Shown here: positions 37,500 through 48,923 of the stretch, in pieces | How positions within the stretch are numbered: position 1 is the stretch's first letter | How the letters are laid out: each line of letters begins with the position of its first letter | Assembly: GCA_054600435.1 (NCBI GenBank) | Contig: BAAIJX010000011.1 | Coordinates: 496,001-560,000 of the forward strand | Direction: 5' to 3' | Source: Neophaeotheca triangularis | Taxonomy: Eukaryota | Length of the DNA stretch: 64,000 nt | The notes under the pieces: generated by a model | Told to the model about the DNA's origin: nothing | The model's input: the letters and a program-made list of their open reading frames with translations, nothing else | Databases searched by the model: none | Made by a program: the position numbers and the translations under genes

Positions 37500-39320
37500 C
37501 TATAAATTCAATAGCTTTTCAATCACCTCTTGTGCCTTTTGGGGCTCGACGGTGCCTTCTTCGCCTCTGCGAACCATCTGTCCCACGAACCACATAACCT
37601 TTCCTTTTTGGCCCTTGTCTTTCACAGCAGAAGCTTGCTCAGGACTTTCATCAATGATTGTTCGAGCAAGCTCAGCGTAGCCCTCTTCAGAGAGTGGGCG
37701 CAAACGTAAATTGTCTTCGTCGATACGCTGCGCCACTGTTCGCTGGTCACTGCCATCAGACTCTACCAGGGATGCAAGCAATTGCTTGGCAACGCGAGCT
37801 GTTATCTGCTTTTGCAGCAGATGCAGCAGAATCTCAGAAAGCTCTTGCGGAGTGATCAAAGTTTGCTCAAAAGTCATTTGTGTCGATGTGAGCAGACCAC
37901 CCACTTCGTGTATCGTCCAGTTGCCGACGACTTTGCCCACTTTCGGAGAAGATTCTTTGCTCAACCTTTGTAAGACGAGGTCGACTGTCTCCTCGAAGAA
38001 GTCCAGCCGGTCACCGTCGTCTAAGCTGGCAATCGTACGGGCATCCTTTGCACTCAGGCCGTAAATGGCCTGCACCCGTTCCACCGTGCTGTCTGGCAGT
38101 TCTGGTAGCGTCGACCTCAGATGTTCCACCACGTCATTACCAATGACCAAAGGCGCAAGGTCAGCATCTGGCATGTATCTGTAGTCTACCTCGCCTTCTT
38201 TCCCTCTTAGTCGTGTCGTCTCAGAGGCGCCTAATGTCCAACCTCGTGTTTCGCCAACGACGGTGCCACCTGTCTCAAGTACATCAATTTGCCGATCGCG
38301 CTCAGCAACAATGGCATCTTCCACTGCTTTGAACGAGGACAGATTCTTGATCTCCGTGCGCTGACCCAGCCCACTCACGCCGCCGTAATTCAGAAGACCG
38401 CTCGTACCTCTTTCCCTCACTGAGACGTTGACATCCGCGCGAAGACCACCCAACTCCATGCCAGTCACACATGCATCAACGCTCTTCAAGATGGCCTGAA
38501 CTTTGCGCACATAAGCCGCCGCGGTTTGGGGTGAGTGAATGTGCGGTAAGCTAATGATTTCGATCAACGGGTGGCCAGCGCGGTTCAGATCGATGTGGTA
38601 GGTGGAAGATCCGACGTTCGTGGTCTTTGCGGTGTCCTGTTCCATCTGGACTTGCTTGATGCCTACATCTAAGCTTGCAGCGCCATTCAGTTCTGTCGCC
38701 GGCACCCCATCTTCCTGAGTCAGGGACAGGCGGCCATTCTCAGCAAACGGCTGGTAATACTGCGTAATCTGATAGCCATTCGGTTGATCCCAATGGAAGT
38801 AGTGCTTCCGATCCCAACTACTTGTACGCTGGACCTCGCATCTTAAAGCAAGGGCTGCCCGGATAGCAGGCAGAAGAGTGGCCGTCTGGAACTGCGGCTG
38901 GGCACCTGGCAATGCCGCATCGAACAAAGCAACATCATGGTTTGTACTTTCCTCCTCATCTCCGATACGGTTGAGCGCAGTAGGTGCTGAGCTGAAGAGC
39001 TTGCACGCGGTATTCAGCTCTGCATGAACCTCGATGCCCACCGTGAGCTCCCACTTTTCCAGCCTTGTATCTGTAACCCCCTTCGTCTGTGCGCCAGCCG
39101 AGCGTGCAGCTTTTGTTTCGGCCTTTCTCCTCTTTGCTTCCTCTTTGAGATGTTTCCTCAGGGGTACGGCCGGAGCGGCGTCATTCTGAAGGCCGCGAGA
39201 CTGCAACCACTTGCAGGCGAAGCAGGGTCGGAGGTTTCGCAGTGCTTCATCCCGAAAAACATGGCCGATCGTACTGGTGACCAGGCGCCGAGGTGAAGGG
39301 CGAAGAGCCGAAGAGGCCAT
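37500..39320 (-). CDS. PET112: Mitochondrial Glu-tRNA(Gln) amidotransferase subunit B (GatB), intronless
   Basis: VGIEVHAELNTACKLFS, DRKHYFHWDQPNGYQITQYY, QMEQDTAK, RADVNVSV, RTEIKNL, DYRYMPDADL. Confidence 0.95.
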   Translation of the reverse strand: MASSALRPSPRRLVTSTIGHVFRDEALRNLRPCFACKWLQSRGLQNDAAPAVPLRKHLKEEAKRRKAETKAARSAGAQTKGVTDTRLEKWELTVGIEVHAELNTACKLFSSAPTALNRIGDEEESTNHDVALFDAALPGAQPQFQTATLLPAIRAALALRCEVQRTSSWDRKHYFHWDQPNGYQITQYYQPFAENGRLSLTQEDGVPATELNGAASLDVGIKQVQMEQDTAKTTNVGSSTYHIDLNRAGHPLIEIISLPHIHSPQTAAAYVRKVQAILKSVDACVTGMELGGLRADVNVSVRERGTSGLLNYGGVSGLGQRTEIKNLSSFKAVEDAIVAERDRQIDVLETGGTVVGETRGWTLGASETTRLRGKEGEVDYRYMPDADLAPLVIGNDVVEHLRSTLPELPDSTVERVQAIYGLSAKDARTIASLDDGDRLDFFEETVDLVLQRLSKESSPKVGKVVGNWTIHEVGGLLTSTQMTFEQTLITPQELSEILLHLLQKQITARVAKQLLASLVESDGSDQRTVAQRIDEDNLRLRPLSEEGYAELARTIIDESPEQASAVKDKGQKGKVMWFVGQMVRRGEEGTVEPQKAQEVIEKLLNL

Positions 39321-39921
39321 GTCTGGTTTTACACGCAGACGTGAAGTGTCCCTAGACCTTGAAGCTACTCAGGTACCTAACCTTGTAAAATGTAAGCCTC
39401 GAGCTTCCCCAGATTTGTCCGGCGATCAGCATCCACTCCACTGTGGCGCTAGTACCTGGTAGGAAGGAATGTTCCATGCAGCCACAAAAATCCTCTCAAG
39501 ATAATTCCCAAAGCTTGACGTATAGATACATGGATGTTGAGCTTGTCTCGGAAATCGCTACGAAATTTGTACGAATACTGCAAACGTGGCTCCGAGCGGA
39601 GATATATGTACAAAGGATTAATATACAAGATGATGTGCAAACCCCCCTTATCCCGCTTCGCCGCATATTTGGATGGGTTCCTGGGTGCGATATAAAAACT
39701 TCATGCGATCACAGCGCACGCCAGTCGAAGAAGCTCAGAAGACAGCCGTCACAAAAAGACAGCTCCCTCCAGCGCACCATTTCAGCGCTTGAAATGATCC
39801 GCGATATCCTCTGCATTGTGGCACAGCCTCGCGCCGTATTCGTCCACTGCGCCCGCGCAAGCGACGTGAGGTCTCCGCTGCCCGTTTCTAATTCGAGGGC
39901 ATCCCTCCGTTACACTGAGCC

Positions 39922-40482
39922 TTAGGTGGGTTTTTGCGTGTCGTCGTAGAACTCAATATCCCCGTCCCCGCCGATACGTCCCTTCTTCAGATACTGCCCC
40001 TTTTCCTTCATGATATCCTCGATGGTCACGCTTGTGTCGCTGAACACCTTGAGATGATCCGCGATCAGATGCCTGTTCTTGCATCCTGGACATGTGATGA
40101 GGACAGTTCCAGAATGGTAAGCCTGCTTCGTCATCCGATGGGATGACCTCTCTGTGCACTTCTTGCAGGTGAACGTCAATTCATACGAAGGCTCCTCAGC
40201 CTTCCGTGCTTCGGCCGACTCGTTTTTCGCTGCATTGTCTGGCCGGTCTGTAAGGGGTCGCGGGGGGCCCGCACTCGATTCTCGTCTGATTTGATTGATC
40301 GCACGGCTGCCGCTGGCGGAAGTGACACGGTGGCGAACAGTGGTTGAAGGTGTCAGGCGGTGTTCGTGGAGGCTGCGCGTCGTTGGCCGTCCGTAAGGTA
40401 GACGTTTGGGTGCATTGTGTGTAGAAATTCGAGCTCTGGCCGCGGCTCTCGGAAGGATTCGAAGTGCGCCGAAGATATCCAT
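39922..40482 (-). CDS. ZIM17: Mitochondrial DNL-type zinc finger Hsp70 escort protein
   Basis: Arg-rich presequence, then YELTFTCKKCTERSSHRMTKQAYHSGTVLITCPGCKNRHLIADHL. ATG at 40482. Confidence 0.92.
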   Translation of the reverse strand: MDIFGALRILPRAAARARISTHNAPKRLPYGRPTTRSLHEHRLTPSTTVRHRVTSASGSRAINQIRRESSAGPPRPLTDRPDNAAKNESAEARKAEEPSYELTFTCKKCTERSSHRMTKQAYHSGTVLITCPGCKNRHLIADHLKVFSDTSVTIEDIMKEKGQYLKKGRIGGDGDIEFYDDTQKPT

Positions 40483-40937
40483 GGTGTGAGGTACCGGAGT
40501 TGATGACAGTGTATGACAGTGAATGTGGAATGAGTTGCTGTAACTGAAAGCGTCCAAGAGCTGTCGTAGATACCTTACTTTCACGTGCCCGGGGAATGTG
40601 CACCGCTTGCCTATTGCGTCACCGCCAGACTTCTGCCGGAGTACCTAATCCCGGGGATCGTGAGTCTGGTATGCACTTTAACATTTCCGAAAACGGACAG
40701 CAGCTCGCCTTCACACTTTCAACCCCCGCTACTCGTACTTCAATTCTTACCTACCTACGTCTCGATCGTTCCCTAACACTCTTTACTACACTTTACCCTG
40801 CCACCACTTACCCTTTGGCAAGCATCTGCGTCCGATCGACGCGACCCCACCAGACCCCCCTCCGAATGTTGCGCTGAAAGCATCACCAGATCACACCTCC
40901 TACTGCGCGAAGTGAAGTGAGTTGAGGCAAGCTCACC

Positions 40938-43670
40938 ATGACCTCGCTCGCAGGACGACGTCAAGGCGGCAAGATTCGCCCGCCAAGAAGGGTAAGTGTC
41001 GCGCGCGATAGTTCATTGTCTCTTTCACCACATCCTCACCTTTGACCAACACTTACCTACCCCACACCTTCCTTTACTTTGCACTCGCGGTGTGGTGAAA
41101 ATCTGGACCCCCCTTCCACACTCAGTACCATGGCATTCAAGAAGATCCGCTTACCAAAGCAAAAGGGACTCAACGGCTCCGACGTCGATTTCGAATCCGT
41201 ATGGCAGGTCTTGTCGAAGGCCTTTGGCGAGATTCACACTAAAAACGCTTCCGCACTCTCTTTCGAGGAGTTGTACCGCCATGCCTACAAGCTTGTTCTT
41301 AAGAAGAAGGGCGGAGATCTCTACGAAAAGGTGGAAGGCTTTGAGCAAACATGGCTCTCCGAGAATGTTAGGGGAAGCATGGTCAAGCTCCTCACGCCAG
41401 CCCTCACACTCACCGATGGTCATGGAAGAACTCTGGCGACATCGGCTGAGAGGCGAGTGGCCGGCGAGGTCTTCCTCAGAAGCCTCAAGGGCAATTGGGA
41501 AGATCACCAAGTGTGTATGGGCATGCTGACAGATGTGCTCATGTACATGGTAAGTGAACACCTCCTACAACTCTTTTCTACCGTTTTGGTGTAACTGATT
41601 TAGCACCTCTCCCATCAACAGGACAGAGTATACTGCACAGATCATCACAAACCGTCCATATACGCCAGATCTATGGCCCTCTTCCGCGACCAAGTACTAC
41701 AATTTCCGATCCGACCACAGGACAGTCTCCCGAGTCTGCTCCATGTGCTCACCCACATCATCCTCGACCAAATACAGATGGATCGCGACGGTGAGAACGT
41801 TGACCAGCACCTCATCAAGGCGAACGTGTACATGTTGGAGGGACTATATATTTCAGACCGAGAGGTAGAGGATGAGAAGCTCTACGTGAGCACGTTCGAG
41901 CAGGCCTTTTTGAGAACGAGCGCAACCTTTTACAAGGAGGAGGGTGAAAGGCTGCTGAAAGAGTCGGATGCGGGTTCATACTGCAAGCATGCAAAGAGGC
42001 GCATCGACGAAGAGAGTGACCGTTGTCGCTCAACGCTCTCAGAGTCTACTACACACAAGATTCAGCGCGTTGTCGAGGACGAGTTGATTAGGCATAAGAT
42101 GAAGGCCTTGATTGAGATGGAGAGCGGAGTGCATTTCATGGTGGACAATGAGAAGTACGATGAGCTTGGGCTTGTCTTCCACCTCGAAGCTCGGGTGGAT
42201 TCGAAAAAGCCGGAGCTCACGACGTCGATGCAGAAGATTATTCAGGAGGCAGGAACCAACATTAATAACGCTGCAACGGCCGCAGCCCAAGCCCAGCCGG
42301 CACCTGTCCAGACATCGGACGAGCAAGAAGGTGAGAAGCAGAGACCTGTCAAGACCATCAACCAGCAGACCGCTGCTGCGCTTAAGTGGGTTGAGGAGGT
42401 TCTGTCGCTGCGAGACAAGTTCGACACGATCTGGAAGACATCCTTCAACTCGGATCAATCGATACACAAGGCCCTGGAGCGCAGCATGGGAGACGTCATC
42501 AACGTATTCGCGCGCGGAAGCGAGTATATTTCACTGTTCATCGACGAGTACATGAAGAAAGGCATCCGCGACAAGTCCGAGGCAGAAGTCGACTCTACGC
42601 TTGACAAAGCCATCACCCTCCTGCGATACTTGCAAGACAAGGACATGTTCGAGACGTACTACAAGAAGCACCTGTGCAAGCGTTTGCTTCTGAACAAAAG
42701 CCAGAGTTTGGATGTCGAGAAGCAAATGATCTCACGCATGAAGATTGAGCTGGGCAACAGTTTCACGCTGAAGCTCGAGGCTATGTTTAAGGATATGACG
42801 TTGAGCGAGGAGCTGACGAACGGTTACCGCAATTACATCAAGCGGCTCGGGGATGCAGACCCAAGGCGAATCGATCTGGGCATCAACGTCCTCACCAGCA
42901 TGACATGGCCACTCGAGGCCTTCCGCAGTGCCAATGATGATGGCAAGGATGGCAGGACCCAGGTCATCTTCCCGCCGCAGATCGAGCACATCAAGATCGG
43001 CTTCGAGCGTTTCTACGAGGAGAAATACCAGGGTCGCAAACTCACATGGCACACCAACATGGGCGACGCCGACATCAAGGCCACCTTTCCAAAGTCGAAC
43101 CACGGCAAGCCCCGGACCCACGATGTCAACTGTTCCACGTATGCGATGCTCATTTTGCTGCTCTTCAACGATGTCCCGGCCGGCAAGTCGCTCACAGTGG
43201 AAGAAATCCAAGCCAGTACGAACATACCGGAGAGCGAGCTCAAGCGGAACCTTCAATCCCTGGCTGTCGCACCCAAAACGCGCTTCCTCTCCAAAGAGCC
43301 CATGAGCCGTGAGATCAACGCAGGCGACACGTTCAAGTTCAACGAAAACTTCAAGTCACAGTTTGTCAAGATCAAGGTCGGAGTGGTGAGTGCAGGGAAC
43401 AAGGTGGAAAACGACAAGGAGCGTAAGGAGACGGAGAAGAAGAACGAGGCGACGAGGGGCTTTGCGGTGGAGGCGGCGATTGTGAGAATCATGAAGCAAC
43501 GCAAGGAGCTCCCTCACGCGCAGCTTCTCACGGAAGCTCTCGGACAAGTTGCCGGGCAGTTCAAGCCGGATGTTTCCATGATCAAGAAGAAGATTGAGAG
43601 CTTGATCGAGCGCGAGTACCTGGAGAGAATGGAGGGCGCGCCTGTTCCTTCCTACAAGTATCTCGCGTGA
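40938..43670 (+). CDS. CUL3: Cullin-3; exon 1 40938-40991, introns 40992-41165 and 41550-41621
   Basis: KIRPPRR|GL, NASALSFEELYRHAYKLVL, DVLMYM|DRVY, YKKHLCKRLL, GRKLTW, neddylation motif EAAIVRIMKQRK, IESLIEREYLER. Confidence 0.94.
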
Positions 43671-44589
43671 GGGAGGCAACAATGGCAAAGGTCTTGACGA
43701 GGGCGCAGTGATCAAAAGGGCGGAGTTCATGGTTGCTGGGTGGGGAAAGCATGAGGATTTAGGGCACGGCGTTTTGAGTACAATGAGGCACTAGGTAGCG
43801 TAGGTTGGGTCTCTTCAAGCGAAGGCGCTCTGGCGATACGGCGGAGTATCAATCAAAATTTGCACCAGAGGTACGCCTCGGTGTCTGGGATGGGGGTAGC
43901 ATGAACAAGTAAAGAAAAGTCGATGTTCAATTTCAAGCAGAGTAGTCCACTTCTCTTGCGGTCAAATATTAACATTAATATTGTGCGTGAGTCGACAGGT
44001 GCAGATGTGAAATTAACAGTCAAACAGTCAAACAGCTCGAGCGGGCTGCCTCTGGCCAATCTGCACTTCAAACGTTAGACGGCACCTCCCGTCTTCACTT
44101 CCAAGGTTCTAACTTTCTCACAAACGCTGGACTTGTGTTTCATCAGATGTTGCCAATTTCCTACCACCACCACTTGCACCACTCTTGTAGTCTTATTAGG
44201 TGACAGACGTTGCGCTACACGTTGATGTGAAACAATAATCATGGACCTGCTGTCACATGCAAACCCTCACGGTGGCGTCCATCAAAGGTAGTACCGTGAA
44301 CCGTCACAATAATGCCCTCACCTAATTCATACATAACCGGACCCTCGCCTGGACCCCCCTTCCTCCCCCTTTCCTTTCCTTTCCCTTCCCTTCCTCTTCC
44401 AGCAGCAATACCACCGCACTCTCTTTTGCGCCTTACACTCGTTCCTTGAGCAGTCGCTCCTTCCACTCTTTGTCTATCGCAGACTAGTCACTCTTTTACT
44501 CTTGTCGCAAAAGCCTCTGGTCAGGCAGCGCTCTAGCAGCAGCTTTCACCCCGATTTCACCTTACAAAACCCCCGTTCCAGCAACCAAA

Positions 44590-46323
44590 ATGGCCCCATT
44601 TTCCTTGGGCGTCTTGGCTTTGGCCTCTTCTGCCGCCGCAGTGCCCTTCTTCGGCCATGGCCATTTGCGCCACCAGCACTTTCACCGTCCTGCAGGCTAT
44701 GTCCCTGCCCCCTATGAGACTGAGTCTGCCTCCGCCGTCGCGCCAGCGGGCACTGGTAGCCCCTACCTGCCCGCAAATGGCAGTTCAATTGTTGCCCCTT
44801 CTGCTGGGGCCACCGGGACTGGCGCGACTGGCGCGACTGGCATTGCTACCAGCTACGAGACTGCCTACGAGACAGAGTACGCAACTGTAACCTCCTACGT
44901 CTCCCAATTCGTCCAGCCAGCCGGCGCCACCAGCTCTGATGCCGCCATCGATGTTGCTGAGCCATCTAGCTCTTCTAGCTGCACTAGCTCCGATGTCACC
45001 GTTACCAGCAAGGTGAAGACTACCGTTTACATCACTCCCTCTGGCTACGCCACCTCTTCCGATGAGGTCGCCCCTGTCAGCGACGTCAGCTCTTCCAACG
45101 TACTCTCTACTGCGACAGCCCCTATCATTCCTACTATCGAAAGCAACACCGCCATCTCTTCTTCCACGTCGACAGAGGCCGCACCAGTAGAGTCCGACAA
45201 TACCCCACCCGCCTACACTGTGCCTGCCGTGCCTTCATCAAGTGAAGCTGCGCCCATCGAATCCAGCCCGGCTCCACCCGCATACACTGCGCCCGTTGTC
45301 GTGTCTTCTACCCGGGCTGCACCCGTCGAGTCAAGCGCCGCCCCTCCGGCTTACAACCCGCCGTCTGTCGAGACTACTCCTGTCGCCGCTGAGGTACCGG
45401 CTCCAGTCTCTTCCATCGAGACCTCTACATCCGCTTTCGAGGCTCCTGCCCCTTATAGCCCAGACGCAGCTCCAACTACCACAAGCATCGACATCGCTCC
45501 TATCGAGGAGACGCCCACCTCCGTTGCTGTTGAGCCTTCTACGCCGGCATCTTCTCCATCTTCGACGAGCAGCGCGCCCACTGAAGCTCCCTCGCCCCCT
45601 TCCTACTCTGATGGCAACTTGAACGCCAAGCGCGGTCTGTCGTACAACGACGCCAGCCTTCTTCCGAGCTTGGCTTCAGCCGGAAATATGGGCTGGGCCT
45701 ACAACTGGGCATCCGTCACTGACGACATACCCGCCGGTGTCGAGTTCATCCCCACCCTTTGGGGCACCTCTTCCGACTTCACCAACGATTGGGAGAAGAA
45801 CGCCCAAGCAGCCATCGACAATGGCAGCGGCTACCTCTTCAGCTTCAACGAGCCCGACCTCTCCACTCAGGCGAACATGGACGCTGGGGCTGCCGCGGCA
45901 GGCTACAAAGAGCACATGATGCCCTTTGCCGGCAAAGCGCAACTCGGCTCCCCGTCCGTTACCAACGGCGGTGGCGAGATGGGCCTGACCTACCTCCAAA
46001 ACTTCCTCGACGCCTGCGATGGCTGCCAAATCGACTTTATCAACATCCACTGGTACGACAGCCACCAAAACGCCGAGTACTTCAAGTCGCACGTCGAGGA
46101 GGCTCACCAGACCGGCGGCAAGCCCGTCATCATCTCCGAGTTCGGCTGCACCGACGGCAGTGACGCCCAAGTCAGCGCTTTCCTCGAGGACGTGATGCCC
46201 TGGATGGAGCAGCAGGACTACGTCTTGGGTTACAGCTACTTCATGGCCCAGGAGGGTGTTTTGAACAGCGGCAAGGCCCCTAGCGCTATTGGCCAGACTT
46301 ACGCTACTTGCGTGCAATCTTGA
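44590..46323 (+). CDS. Secreted Asl1-like GH128 endo-beta-1,3-glucanase with long Ser/Thr/Pro-rich stalk
   Basis: Signal peptide, His-rich motif, S/T/P region, then KRGLSYN, WAYNW, EFIPTLWG, FSFNEPD, INIHWY, VIISEFG, YSYF. Confidence 0.88.
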   Translation: MAPFSLGVLALASSAAAVPFFGHGHLRHQHFHRPAGYVPAPYETESASAVAPAGTGSPYLPANGSSIVAPSAGATGTGATGATGIATSYETAYETEYATVTSYVSQFVQPAGATSSDAAIDVAEPSSSSSCTSSDVTVTSKVKTTVYITPSGYATSSDEVAPVSDVSSSNVLSTATAPIIPTIESNTAISSSTSTEAAPVESDNTPPAYTVPAVPSSSEAAPIESSPAPPAYTAPVVVSSTRAAPVESSAAPPAYNPPSVETTPVAAEVPAPVSSIETSTSAFEAPAPYSPDAAPTTTSIDIAPIEETPTSVAVEPSTPASSPSSTSSAPTEAPSPPSYSDGNLNAKRGLSYNDASLLPSLASAGNMGWAYNWASVTDDIPAGVEFIPTLWGTSSDFTNDWEKNAQAAIDNGSGYLFSFNEPDLSTQANMDAGAAAAGYKEHMMPFAGKAQLGSPSVTNGGGEMGLTYLQNFLDACDGCQIDFINIHWYDSHQNAEYFKSHVEEAHQTGGKPVIISEFGCTDGSDAQVSAFLEDVMPWMEQQDYVLGYSYFMAQEGVLNSGKAPSAIGQTYATCVQS

Positions 46324-46781
46324 GTCTTTAAGAGACGCAGGACATGTGGTGGGTAGACGGCTACCATCACTGATGGATATTTATGCATAGATGAATATGG
46401 GATGGTTGGGTTGGGTTTCGATTCTTGGATACACATACGCCTTTTGCTTTACTTTTTTTGTTTTTTTGGTCTTTCCAGGGGAACATGGGTGTCGAATGGA
46501 TGAGTTTAAGATGGAAACAGTGCCAGATAGATATCCCAGCGTGTGCGACGCTATGAACTTTCTCCCTTTTCTGGACGCTTGCACTTTTCCTATCGCTTAC
46601 GCGCTGTGGGTGGACACGCCCCTCATCGCTACTCCATACTAGCCGTGCTTGTTCCATGGTCAATGTTGCGTGATGGGCCAGGCTAATGCCGGAGGCAGAC
46701 TCAAACATCTACTGATATCCTTCAGCAGGCACCGAGGCACCATTCAGCGGCTTTGGTCTTGATCCTAGAATGGGAAACTGT

Positions 46782-48536
46782 CTATGAACCCGCTAAACTC
46801 AAGCCGTACTTGGGTAAAAACCACTCTTGCAACAGCAGCTCCAGAGTCGTATCCGCCAGCCGCTGGGCCTCGGCGCTCGACCCGCCCTTGCCTTCAATGT
46901 AGAGCTTCAGCTTCGGCTCCGTCCCTGAGCCCCGTGCCGTGAAGACGACATCTCTCAGCTCGCACGTGATCATTTGAGCTTTGGGATCGACCGGCAGATC
47001 CGGCTTGTGATCCGGCATCGCGCTATCGTAGCCCACGGTCAAGTCTCTCCAGCGAAGAATCTCGCCATCGCCCAGGTGCGTGGGATGCGAGCCGTTGTTC
47101 TTGACCCGCAGCTCCGTGAAGAAGGCATCCGTGTGCGCAGGGCTGGGGGATATGAGGTACGTGTTGGCGTCTTCGAAGTAGCCGTACTTTTCATACAGTT
47201 GCTGGAGTTTAGTCCAAGGCGTGAGGCCTTGGCTCTTCCATCGCTTCAGAGCGCTCACGAAAGCCGCCGCTGCCGCGATGCCGTCTTTGTCCCAGACGAC
47301 TTCGGGGAACATGTAGCCGATGGCTTCTTCGTAGGCGTATGTTGGGTGGAGGCCTCGCTCGGATAGGTCTTGGGCTACGTTTCCCAGCCACTTGAAGCCT
47401 GTAAGTGTCTCTTTGAAGATGAAACCCTCCGTTCTTGCCATCGAGGCGAGCATTCGTGAGGACACGGTCGATGCGAGCATCACTTGGCGGTGGCGAGAGT
47501 GGCTGTCGGTGGAATCGAGCACGTGAGAAGCAAGTAGGTAGCCGATCTGATTTCCTGTGAATTGGTGCCATGTGCTGGCGCTCAGCCTTTGAGCTGCGGC
47601 GAACCGATCCGCGTCTGGGTCGTTGGCGAGGACAATGTCGCAACCATGGGCGTCTGCCTCTGCGATGGCGAGATTCAAAGCACCCTTTTCCTCGGGGTTC
47701 GGGAACGGCACTGTAGGGAATTCGGGGTCTGGTCGTGCTTGAGCGTCTACGACATGCATCTGGCCTGCCAATCCAGCCATTTCTACCACCTTTTGCATAA
47801 AAGGTAACCCCACGCCGTGCATGGGGGTGTAGACAAACCCCGACGAGGCCGCAGAATCACTCCACTCATGGGAGAAGCCCCTCATGCCCTTGATACTGGC
47901 AAAGTAGGCGTCTAGCGTCGTCTCCGTCTGGCGTATAACGTCCGAGTCCTCACGGTCAACCAGATCGATATCCCAAGACACGACATCTTCGACCCTATCG
48001 ATAGCCGCCGCAATCTGCGTGTCTAGTGGAGGTATAATCTGACACCCATTGCCCCAGTAGACCTTGTAACCGTTGTCATGTTTTGGGTTATGGCTGGCAG
48101 TCACCATAACGCCAGCCGAAAGCGAAGCATTCCCGACTGCAAAGGGAACCATGGGCGTGTGCACCAGCCGACCGAACCACATCACCCGAAGGCCCTTCGT
48201 CAGGAACGCCGCGGCAGCCAGGCGAGCAAACTTCTCGGAGTTGTAGCGTCCATCGTAGCCTACCACGACGGAGGGTTTAGGTCCTCGTCCTTGCTGGGCG
48301 AGTAAGACATCTGCGATTCCCTGAGATGCTTGAAGAACCGTTAGGCTGTTCATGAAAGCGAACCCGCCTCGCATTCGAGCTCGGAGGCCGGCAGTTCCGA
48401 AAGCAATGCGCTTCCTCAGACATTTTTCGAGTTCAGCCGTGTTGCCATGATCGACGAGGCTCTGTATCTCCTGTCGTGTGTCTGTGTCGTGGTCCACACT
48501 TAGCCATCGCTTGGCCAAATCTTCAATCGAATCCAT
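46782..48536 (-). CDS. Alpha-D-phosphohexomutase, PGM2/Prm15 (phosphoglucomutase/phosphopentomutase) type, intronless
   Basis: FGTAGLR, catalytic TASHNP, YTPMHGVG, metal loop DPDADR, GFKWLG, EEAIG, RGSGTEPKLKLY. Confidence 0.92.
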   Translation of the reverse strand: MDSIEDLAKRWLSVDHDTDTRQEIQSLVDHGNTAELEKCLRKRIAFGTAGLRARMRGGFAFMNSLTVLQASQGIADVLLAQQGRGPKPSVVVGYDGRYNSEKFARLAAAAFLTKGLRVMWFGRLVHTPMVPFAVGNASLSAGVMVTASHNPKHDNGYKVYWGNGCQIIPPLDTQIAAAIDRVEDVVSWDIDLVDREDSDVIRQTETTLDAYFASIKGMRGFSHEWSDSAASSGFVYTPMHGVGLPFMQKVVEMAGLAGQMHVVDAQARPDPEFPTVPFPNPEEKGALNLAIAEADAHGCDIVLANDPDADRFAAAQRLSASTWHQFTGNQIGYLLASHVLDSTDSHSRHRQVMLASTVSSRMLASMARTEGFIFKETLTGFKWLGNVAQDLSERGLHPTYAYEEAIGYMFPEVVWDKDGIAAAAAFVSALKRWKSQGLTPWTKLQQLYEKYGYFEDANTYLISPSPAHTDAFFTELRVKNNGSHPTHLGDGEILRWRDLTVGYDSAMPDHKPDLPVDPKAQMITCELRDVVFTARGSGTEPKLKLYIEGKGGSSAEAQRLADTTLELLLQEWFLPKYGLSLAGS

Positions 48537-48923
48537 GGTTCGTTTGGTGGGATCAGAAACAACAGCAAATAGCTCGAAAATTGGCCTAGTACAGCACTTG
48601 GGAAGTCTAGTTTGAGTGATCTTCACTTATTCTGTGGGCAAAAGTGGTGAATTGACAAGCGTTCAGCAAGCTAGAAAGCAAAATTGGCCAGAAAAGGCTT
48701 CCCTCGCCTAGAAGGATCCCTTTAAAACCTTAGTATCGAGCCTGCACTCAAGAAACTGTTAATTCACCACGATAGAAAGGATACTGAATGCCACGCCACT
48801 CACCTGCTCAAGAACGTGTTTCGATGATAAGCAAACAGCAGGTGAAGTCAAGCTTTCCGGGTCGGGGTTTGGGCAGCGAGCGACAAGCACAAGCGAACTG
48901 GAGCTCGACACGCAACAACAAAC

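Noticed and set aside
39443..39925. 160-aa + strand ORF between PET112 and ZIM17
   Set aside because: Non-ATG start, no domain, and it overlaps the expected ZIM17 3' UTR and PET112 promoter.
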